From Vicugna vicugna (Eukaryota): DNA of 64,000 bases. Of this stretch, positions 12,158 to 22,670 are shown one piece after another. The notes under the pieces are model-generated. The model was not told the origin of the DNA and made no database searches. It worked only from the letters and a program-made list of their open reading frames with translations. Location: contig MU063048.1 in NCBI GenBank assembly GCA_013265495.1, positions 4,154,001-4,218,000 on the forward strand. Direction: 5' to 3'. Numbering within the stretch: position 1 is the stretch's first letter; each line of letters starts with the position of its first letter. Position numbers and translations under genes: made by a program.

Positions 12158-15100
12158 GAACTCCCTCCCCAGCTTCCCCAGGGCATCATTCCTTGCCCCT
12201 GCAGCTCATCCTCAGCCAGGGTGACACATTTAAAGTGACGTGGGCTCACGTTTCTGCTCCCTCGGGCCCTCCCCACCTCCCCACCTCCCCCAGCACCCGC
12301 CCTGAGTGGAGGCTCGGCCCGAGGCTGTTTCGTGCCCCCCGTCTCCCGAGGACCCGGCCAGCACCCGGCAACCTGCCCCCTGACCACCTGTCGGCGGACG
12401 GGTGAGTACTGGTCCCTGCTGGTCCCTGCACACCACTGAGGGAGAGGCCTGCGTGCAGCTCAGCGGAAGGCGTTCTGGGCCCAGACTCAGAGCACCTGGG
12501 CCTGCACGCAGTCCTGACCTTGGGCGTGATCTCCCCGGCACCTGGGCCTCGTCCTCCGGCCTGCAGGCGGGGCCTGGGCCATCCAGCCGCCCGACGCCCA
12601 GTGGTCCTGAGACGTGACCGGGGACCGCGTGCTGTGGCCTGTCCCCGCCCTCCCAGACGGCAAAGCCGCAGGGAACGCAGGGGCCTGAACCCTGCGCCTC
12701 TCCGTCGTGGGAGGAGTTGTGTCCGCGGACAGCTGGGCACCCTGGGAGGACAGTGGTGTGGTGAGGGTCTTACCAGCCGCCCTGTTCCCCTCGTCTTGGA
12801 AGCAGTCGTAGTTGTGATCTTGCCTGAGAATGGGACGGACCAGAAGCCCGCAAAGCTCCAGTCCTACCTGTGGCTCCAGACCTCCCACCTTCCTTTGCTT
12901 AAAGTAGACGTCACCGGGGATGGAGGGAAGGAGGTTTTGCAGTACTTCAACAGATGGCGCTGCTGGGAGCTATTACCTGGCTATAAAAATTAAGTTCCAG
13001 CTTTACTAACTTAAAACATCTCATTAAAACCTTGGTGTTGCTCCTGGGGTGGTACGTGACTTTGTTTCGTCCTTTACCGAGTTCACAGTGGCGAGTGGCT
13101 CTGACCGTCCATGCGGTGAAGCTGGCCCCCAGAGGCGCCTCCACGGTCGCCCGGTGCTGCCTTAGAGACACACACAGCACTCTGCATGGAGGGAAGGAGA
13201 GCACCATGTGCACTTGGGCTTCTGACATAAGGACAAGCGAATCAGGGTCTGTTCATCTGGATGCTTGAACGACATGCAGATACGGTCGTAAGTGACGGCA
13301 CTTCCGAGCAGAACACCGCGGCTGACCGGCAGGAGTAGGGTAGAGGCATGTCCCCCAGGTCCAGGGAGGAGAGGGCTCGTAGAGAACGCTGAGCGGCCCA
13401 GGTGTCGGCCGGGCCGCCGGCCCTCGGTACCCAGCCCCTTCCCTCCCCGCCAGCGCTCCCCCCTGGCCTCCAGCGAGGTTGCTCTCATTACGTGGCCGTG
13501 CACCGGCTCCTGGGCGTGGGGTCCCTGGTTGCATACTTCGGCGCAGGTTACAGATACTTGGCAGGCTTCCTCTTGCTGTGGGAACCAGGCAAGTCCTAAC
13601 ACCTACTGAGCACTGAGCGCCGCGGTGCCAGAGAGTGGTGGCGGCCTGGTGCCAGGGCGCGGAGCCTGCAGCGGCTGGGCCCACGCTCCCTCGGCCGTGG
13701 CCCCGGCCAGAGCGGCCTGCGCTGTGAGTCCCGGGCTCCCACCCTGCCGCCTGACGGACCGTCCCCCAGCGTGGGCAGCAATCAGGGTTCAGGTGTTCGC
13801 AGCAGGAGGCTTTGGTATGTGACGGTGCAAATGCATTAATCAGTGACCCAAGAAACGCTGTGTGAAACAGCCGTGGTTTCTCCCTCACATGGACCTGAGG
13901 TCCCCACTTCCGTGCCCTTGGCCCTGCCCCCCTTCTTTGGCCAGATCTCCCTGTCGGATGCAGGTGCCCAGCGCCTGCCCCACTTGGACACCGGGGAGGT
14001 TCCTGCAGGAGGGAGGGCGGCCCGTGAGGGAACTGGTCACCTGGGTTTGGAAGGCTGAGCTCAGGACTCTGACGGGAGGGGACACGGGGGACAGTGTCGC
14101 GTGGCCTTCCGATCACTTTTTAAGATCAAACAGCGGTTTCCTTTGCCGCCTAGCACCGAGCAGACACAGAAGTGCTGTTTGTGTAGAGCTGACCCCTGAG
14201 CGGCGCAGGGGCTGAGGGGCTGCACGGTGGGGGCTCCGAGCGCAGCTTGGGGTCGGCCGGGGCTGCAGGGCCCGGCGCCCGGGCTCCAGTCGGGGAGCAG
14301 CCCCGGAGCGCTGGGTGAAAACGGGGCAGGTGGCACCTGGCCCTCCCGCATCACTTCTTAAGTCTCACTGCCTCATTATTTTTGTTAGGAAAGCAGTAAA
14401 CAAGGGGCGGTTCTGTGTCAGAAGCACTTGGAGGGAAGACAGCACTTGATGCTGAGGTCAGGTCAGCGCGGCTTCGGTGACAGGCAGCATCAGCGCGGCT
14501 GGGGCAGGTGCTAATCCTGAGTGACAGCTGCTCGGGGCCAGGTCCCGAGCGTGGCTTCCCCCAACCCGGCTCCACTGAGGTGCGCCCTGTTTGCAGTGAG
14601 AATCGCTCACTGTCAGCGTCCAGGCGAGGGAGCTTTGGCGACGCGTACAACTGTGTGACCATCACCCGCAGAGTCCCCTCCCGCCCTTCTGCACACGGCC
14701 ACTCCCCTACGATTGGTCGGACTCACTTTGTCACTTCTGAGTGTCACAGGCAGGGAGTTGTCCACGCGGAGTCTGGGCTTTGGCAAGTTTCACGGGATGG
14801 CGTCTGTGTGTCCACGGCGCTCCCGTGGGTCCATCAGGGCTGTGCCAAGTCGTGCGGTGCCTTCAGCAGCTGAGGGGCCCTGGGTGGTGTTCTTCCGGGG
14901 AGATAAGAGTGTCACTGCCTCGAAACTCACACACGAGGCTTGTGGGGACACGTTATTTTTATGGGGTAAATTCTCGAGGAGTGGCGCTGGCGCAGGCGGG
15001 AGGTGTATTTTAGGCCACGGATGAACTGATCTCAGAGTTGCTCTGCTGTCTTGCCTCCGGCAGCAGCGTCTGAGCCCTGGCTGCTCCACGTTGCTTCTCG

Positions 15101-16850
15101 AGGACACTGTAAACGCGGTGCTGCTGTCACTGTGAGGACACCGAGGCCTGAAGAAGGCACGGGACCCACAGGGGCCCACAGCTGAGAGGGGCAGGTTCCG
15201 TTTATGCTAAAGCACGCCTATCGATGCCAAAAGCCCACTCTTTCTCTGTTCTAGAATGTTCTCAAAGGTAGCAGGACTTCCGTTGATAACCTCGGGATTT
15301 AGGGCCGGTGAAATGTGACAAGTCACACTACAACCTCACCTCGGTTGTAAATACCGGGTTGGGCGTGTGCAGAGCAACCTTGGGTTAAATTGGAACAAAT
15401 TTAGGGAGGACGCAGTGGGATGAGAACAGCCCTTGGTCTAAGGCTTTCGTTCCCCAACACCAGCCTGTGTCACCTTCACCTGCCCCCTGCCCCTCCCTGG
15501 AAACCGGGGTTACACCAGCACATCCTGTTTGCTGAAGGCAGGAGCAAAGCCAGCCCTGGAGCCAGGGTCCCCGGCCTCTGACATTAGCCTCTTGACCAGT
15601 TTCTTGAGGTCAGATAATTTGTCCTTTGTGACAGGGCTGAAACGGACCTCCTAAGACCTTTAAAACTAGAGCCATCAGTGGGACAAAATGTGTATTACGG
15701 GAACCGACCATCAACTGACAGGAAACTGATGAAACCAGCACGGCGTGGTCGTCCTCCACGGGGCCCGTCCAGAGGCCTCAGACTGGGCACCTCCAGGACC
15801 AACGGGACCAACAGAGATTCTTCCTTTAATGAATTTAAGTATCAGAAGATGTTGCAGAAAAATCCAGATTCTTCACCTGAGGAATTGGAAGACTTTCAGC
15901 CGTGGGGGCACATCCCTGGCTGACGGCGCCTGCCTGCTTGCCAGCGCCTGGGTGTGGCCTGGTCCACACAGTCGGCGAGGGTTCCAGAGCGGCCAGTGGG
16001 GAACCGGGATCCCTCTAACTGGAAGGTCTTCGTCCAGAGAGGCCACACTCCGGCACAACTGGCCCCGACTTGGGGGCCCTGTCCAGGCTCTGACAGCAGC
16101 TGCTGTTCCCCTGTCTGAGTGTGGCATTACAGGGTGCTGTAGGGTTCTCCTGGGCATGGACCCCTTTCTCTTCGTATTTGTCTTGGGATAAATTACAGGA
16201 TAAAACAGACGGGTCCCGTCAGATTTCCCACAGCTGCGTGTGCATCGGTATTTAGAAAGCACCGACGTTTTGGAAGAGGGAGCATGCCAAAGCCTAGAGC
16301 GAGGCGGTGCTGGGGGCCGGCGCTGGCACCTGCAGGGCTCAGGGTGGGGCCAGGTCTTCTGGGTCTAAACCCCACAGTCCTCCCACTAAAGTCAGAGGAG
16401 AGCTTTCCAGGTGAATATACACCAGGTGGGTTTTCGAGACTCAGATTCACAGCATTCTTCATTCACCTTCCAGCGTGAATCCCGAATGGCTGGGGGGCGT
16501 GGCGGGGCCCCCGCCGGCTGGGCCTCCAGCCCCCACCCCGCAGAGCCACACCCGTGGTCCTGGGCGGGGACCACGGAGCTACGGCGGTTCCCTGCAGCCT
16601 CAGACCTGGGCTTTTCAGCTGTGCCTCGTTGGAGCCCTGCGTGCTCGAACACAGCCTCCCCGAGTGACGAAGAAGGGACTCTTTCCTCAATGGGACAGAC
16701 GCTGTGATGTCCTGCGTGTCAGTCAAGCCGGAGCCTTGTCACGTTGGACGAGCGCCGGCATGTCCAGGTGGCAGGGCACCGCCTCAGGGCAGGTGTGCAG
16801 GCACATTCCTTCCTGCGCGGATGCACACGCTGTGCCCGCCCCCTCTCTGG

Positions 16851-16901
16851 GTGCACGTGTGCACGTGTATGTGTGTGTGCGTGCACGTGTGTGTGCGTGT
16901 G
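16851..16901. repeat. (TG/CG/CA)n compound microsatellite, 51 nt of unbroken purine-pyrimidine alternation
   Basis: Read directly from the sequence. Confidence 0.9.
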
Positions 16902-19249
16902 GTCCTTTCCTCTTCCCTCTCTCCTGAGGAGGCAGCAGGAGGCGTGGACTGTCGGAGGCAACAGGCCCAGTGTTGAATGATCTCTCGCTCAGTTCTGTGA
17001 CTTTGCTTCAGGAAACGTCACCCGGGGGATTTGTCACGAGAAGCAGCCTCTTAGGTCACTTGTGTCGTGTGGGGGTGACAAGCAGTCTCAGGCACCCAGC
17101 TGGCTGGGCTTCTCTGCAGACGTGGTCCTGCAGTTTGGGGATGGGGGGCTCTCTGAGCACAGGCAGTTAGGGGAGCCCGGGCTGTGATTCTGACAGCTCA
17201 GACACTGCCCCTCAGTCCGCTTTCCCTTCCGTGTGACGACCTCCGAGGTCCTTTCCACCTGACAGTCCGTGTTGTGGCTCAGCACCTGAGGGAGGGAGGC
17301 CCGAAGGCAGGCGCCACTGCCGGTGTCAGAAACGGAGCCACGTCAAGATCAGAGGCAAAATCTGAGCGAGCTGTAGGCGGGGCAGGGTTCGGAAGACAGA
17401 GGTTTGAGAGGAGACCTAGCTGTCGCAGGCAAGGGGATCCTGAGATCCTATTTCTGTCCTGGAGTGGCTCAGGCCCCTGTCCGTCACTGTCGCTCACCTC
17501 CTACCCTCCTGTCCACCCGCCCGCTGCCCAGGGCACGTCTTGTCACCTTGGAGGAATCGGGAAGGGCTCAGCTGTGTTAGCTGCAGGGAGATTCCGCTCT
17601 GTGAGCAAAGGTCACCTCTGAGGCTCGGTGACGCTGACTGGTCTGTGCAACAGCCGGATGTAAAACACGAAAGCGTCCCTTAGGCAGGAGAGTCTCCTCT
17701 CTGGGAGCGTCTGAAAACGTAGCCTACACAGTAAGCAGTTTCAGTTCACAGCAGCTCACCTGGCCCCGTGTGTGCAGCTACAGACTAGTTGACGGGAGTG
17801 ATCAACCTGGCAGGAATTCGTTCACCATCCCTGCATCCATCACATGCAACATCCAAGAACAATATATTCCATTGTCAATCTTTTATTTTGTTTTCTTTCC
17901 TTTTATTCCCCCCCCCACTTGTCTCCAGGAGACCAATTAATTGTTCAAAGGTAATATATAGAGGAGATTTCAAGAGCATTTACCTTGGCACCGTCTCTGC
18001 CCCTTTGCGGTCTGGCTAACAATAAAGCTAAAGTTTGTTTTGTAGTGATGGTTCCAGTTGGACTGGAATCTCTTTGAAGTCCCTGCAGTTTGCTGTTGTG
18101 AGAGCTCAAGATATTATTTGACTGCAATAAAACGCTCTCTGTGCGTTATCAGACTGTGCTGCGCACTGCACTGCAGCAACTTGCAGGGCCAGACTCGCCC
18201 TCGGAGGTGCTCAGCACGAGCGGAGCGCCCGGCCCACACAGCGAGCCTTTCTCACACCCGCGGCGTCCGGTCCTTGCCCCGTGGGCCCCTCGTGGGCCCT
18301 GAACTCCCCGCAGGGCCGAGGCTGGCGATGTGGGGAGCAAGGAGCAGGTGTGAACAGGCCAGCACTGGTCGGAGCGGGGGCTGGAGCCCGGCCTGAGACC
18401 GCAGGAGCCCCGACCCAGGCGTTGTCAGGTTCAGCCTCTGGGCTCTTGCGTCAGTTGACCTAAATTATTTAATGCTGTTGTCACCTCGGAGTAAATATAG
18501 TCATTGTCCTGCACTCTATTTATACTTTAAAACTGTCTCCCGCCCACCCGATGGCCGGGAGCGGTCTGCGTGCTTCCGTGGAAGTGGGTGTCCTGGGCTC
18601 CCTGTGCAGCTTTGGGCCCAGCACAGAGGGGGCTTCAGGCGGGCTCTGCTCCTTCGAGGTGCGTGTCCGGAGCGTCAGGGCCGAGGTGCTGTGCCCTGGA
18701 CGCAGGAGCCCCGTTGCAGTGGCATCCTCCTGTTTGCACAGTGTGTACGTGTATGTGCACGCACACCTTGGGGGCTGTGCACGTCTTTTGAAGAGCAGTT
18801 TTGTCTAGGGTTTTGGTAAACAGCTCTCACTCAGACAGTGTGCTCCTTGGCTACGGGAGCCATGCTCCAGGTGTCAGAAAGCGCTGTGGTGGGCGCTCAT
18901 TTTAAACAAATAATGAAGCCCTTGTAGTGTTTAGTGACACAGCTGACTGGGCTGTGTTCCACTGCTTGTGTAAATGAAGATGTTTTAAGTGATTTTTTAT
19001 GATAAGTTTAAATAACCAAAAGAAATGCCTGAAAATATATTTTGGCACAGGGAAATCCCTTCTTACAGGAGTTTATAAATACGTCATGTGGAAAAGTAAT
19101 TATGGTCTACTTTAATCTTCTCACCTCTGAGTCGTAAGTTAAGACGTTCTACCTGTCTGGTTTCTACCCCCCCCTTGTATGTTACCTTTCCGTATCGGCT
19201 CTGAGCTGCGTTTAGTTGGGGAGGAAAACAGATTAAAAGTCCACTGGAC

Positions 19250-22200
19250 TCGCGGCTTCCACTGCGACGCATCACAGTGGGGACGTTCACGCCCCGTCAT
19301 CACAAGAAGAGAGCTCAGCAAGCTGACAGCCACCTGCTCCTCCGAGGTCTGCCAGAGGGTTGCGGTCACAGGGCAAACGCTGCCCCCACACTAGAGAGAG
19401 CGGTGAATGCAAAGCTTGCCGGGAGCAGACGCTTGCCCGGGCCAGTGGCACACGCGCGGGGATGCTGGCTGGTGGCTGGAAGCTGAGCATGGGCTGTTGA
19501 GAGTCCAGAACTCGTAGGGCCCAGCACTTCCATAGCTTCGCCCGCAGGAGCCCTGCTGGTTCTCGGGGTGGAGGCAGAGGAAGGTCACCCCATGCTGGTG
19601 AGATCCGTCAAGAGCTCCCTGCTCCCTCCCTTCCAGGGAAGCCGTTCTCCCAGCGCGCCGCTGCCTCGGGGGAAGCAGACACCCGGCTCGAGCCCTCCCC
19701 TCTCGCTTCAGAGGGAGAGGGGACCTGGGGCACTTGTGCAGGTCACAGCCAGGGACAAGGGCCCAGGCGCAGACAGAGAAGTAGGCATAGGAACACGGAG
19801 TGTTTCTCCCCGCCCCCCTTTACACCACATCAGCGGACTCCCACGGGGCAGCAGGGGCTTACAGCGGAAAACCCCATGAGGCTCAGACCCTGTTTAAGGA
19901 GGAGTCTCTAGGGAAACCCAGAGACAAACAGGGAGACAAACACAAGGACACCGGGGGAAATTCTAGCCTCTGACACCCACAGCTACACTGACAGCAAACA
20001 CAGCCTGACTCCTGGCCAGATAAACACAAGAGCTCACACTTAGCTCCTCTTCTCCAAGATGTCACGTCCAGCCTTTAACTACAAGACATGCTAGAAAGCA
20101 AACCACAGAGTTTGAGGAGACAAAGCAGGCACCAGAACCAGCCTCAGACAGAGAAGAGATCTGGGGACTCAGAGTTTCAGTTAAAACAGCTATGATCAGC
20201 GGGCTGAGGGCGCTAAGGGGAGAAGTGGACACCACGCAGGAGCCGGTGGGCAGTGAAAGCAGGCAGATGGAGACGCTAAGAAAGAATCAAAAGGAAATGC
20301 TAGAAACCAGAAACTCTGACAGGAATGAAGGACGCCTTTGGTGGGCCCAGCAGCGCACTGGGCCGGGCTGAGGACAGAATCCATGGGCTTGAAGAGACGT
20401 CGGTAGAGACCTCCGAAACTGAAGAACAAAGAGGGAAAAATATGAAAAATCTGGAACAGGACCCAAGAGTCGTGGAGAGTTATGGCAGGTGCAACATACA
20501 CATAATGGGAGCAGCAGAGCGAGAAGGAAGACAGAGCAGAAGCAATATTAGGAGTAAAAATGGCTGAGATGTTTCCAAAATTAATGACAGATGCCAAACC
20601 ACAGCATGAGGAAGCTCTGAGACCTCCAAACAGGACGAATGCCAGCAGGTTTGTAGCTGAGTGTGTCCTGTTCAAAGTGCAGAGAACCAAAGACAAAGGG
20701 GACAATCTGGAAAGAAGCCAGAGGAAGAGACACCGTCCTTGTGATGGGACGGGCTAAGCATTAGGTTGGACTCCTCGGTGGAAACCATGCGCACAGTAGG
20801 AGTGGAGTGAAATATTTAAAGTGTTGAAAGGGAACACCACCAACCTAGAATTCTGTATGTAGTGAAATCATCCTTCAAAAGTGAAGAAGTAAAGGCTTTC
20901 TCAAACAAATAGAAATTAAGGGGATTTCTCATCAGTAGACTTGCCTTAAAATGGCATTAACAGGTTTTTCATAAAGAAGGTAAGTAACATAAGACACGTT
21001 GGCGGACGTTGACAGACTGATCGTAACATTTATGTGGAAGGCAGAGCACCCAGGACAGCCAGGGCAACACTGACGAGGAACAGAGTCGGCGAGCTGTCCC
21101 TGCTTCCGGGCCACTGTCACTGTCAGGCGTCCGTGGTCAAGACGGTGCAGTGCTGGCAAAAGAGAAGACAGATCAATCCCTGGACAGAACCGGCAGCCGA
21201 GGAGAAGACCCAGGCCCGCGGTCAGCGAGGCTCTGACACGGGAGCACGGGTGTGTCACTGAGAGAGGAGAGTCTTTTCCACAAGCAGCACTGGAATAACT
21301 AGAAACCTACGTGCAAAAAAAGGAGAAGAATCTAGACCCAGACCTTACATCCAGCACGGGAATCAAGTCCGAATGGATCACGGACCTAAATGTAAAATGC
21401 AAAACTGAAAAACTTCTAGAACGTGGTACAGGAGAACGTCTAGAGGGTCCAGGGACCTTGAAGGTTTTAGTTACAACACCAAAGATGACCTCGGAGTTTT
21501 CACGTAAAACACCAAAAACACAGTCCACGAAAGGAGAAGTTCATTAAGTGAGACGTCGTGAAAATTAAAAACTTTCGCTTTGTGAAAGACACTGTTAAGA
21601 AAAAAAAATCACAGAGCTGGAAAGAAATCTTTGTAGAACCCACATTTGGTAAAAGGTTGGTATCCAAAATCTATGAAGAACTCTTAAAATTCAACAATAA
21701 GAATACGAACAATCCAACTTGAAAATGGGCGAAAGGTCTAAACAGACACCTCACCAAAAAGGACACAGACGGCAAGGAGACACGAGAAAGGAGGCTCCGC
21801 GTCGTCTGTCATCAGGGAGACGAGTTAAAACCACAGTGAGGCAGCGCCGCGCGCCCGCCAGGCGACTGAGTGCGGAACGCCAGGCGCTGGCAGGGGCGTG
21901 GAGCGGCAGGAACCCCACGCTGCGCTGGGGGGAGAGCGCACTGGTGCGGCCGCCGTGGCGGAGTGTTTGGAGTTTCTTAAAAAGTTAACGTGATTTTCGC
22001 ATCGGATCCGGCCATCACGCTGTTGGTATTTACCCAGCGGAGCGGAAAACTTGCGTCCACGTAAAAGCTGCGTATGACTGTTTATAGCAAATGTGCTCGT
22101 AATCACCAGAACGGGAAGCAAGCAGGACGTCCTCCAGCAGGTGAATGGACAAAGCGTGGTCCGTGCAGACAGCGGAGCGTTACTCGGTGCGAGGAAGAAA

Positions 22201-22670
22201 CCGGCCATCGAGACGCACGGCACCGTTACGGAGGCACCAGAAGCACATTTCACCAAGCGGAAGACGCCGAGCTGAGGAGGAAGCCGCGCACTGCGCGATG
22301 GCGCCCCGACATCCGGGAGAAGGCAGAGCCACGGAGGCAGGAGGGCCATGGTTCCAGGGGCTGGGGGGAGGGAGGGAGGCGGCGTGGGGGGCGCGGGGTT
22401 TGTAAGACAGCAGAACTCTGTGCAGCCCCCGACTCCGTGCGTTCGCTGAACCCGTAGGATCGCACAGCACGGGGCAGACCCCGTGTCCACTGCGGGCAGC
22501 AGCTTTAGTTGACGCATCAGGGCTGGCTCATCGGTTGTAACCACGGCACCGCCCTGCTTCGAGGCAGTGATGATGGGGGAGTTGTGCTGGGGGTGGGGAG
22601 CAAGGGGCTCGTGGGAACTCCAGGACTCTCCGTGTAATTTTTTTGTAAAGCTGGAAGGAAAAAGGCCCTT
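19250..22670 (+). mobile_element. Ancient LINE-1 (L1MC-like): 5'UTR, ORF1, large internal deletion near 20995, 3' part of ORF2, then 3'UTR
   Basis: 20080-20990 follows L1 ORF1 (e.g. MAEMFPKLMTDAKPQHEEALRPPNR and gtgaaatatttaaagtgttgaaagggaacaccaccaacctagaattctg). 21000-22140 follows the ORF2 C-terminal region (DPDLTSSTGIKSEWITDLNVKCKTEKLLE). 22140-22670 resembles an L1MC-type 3'UTR. The subfamily call is from memory. Confidence 0.85.
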
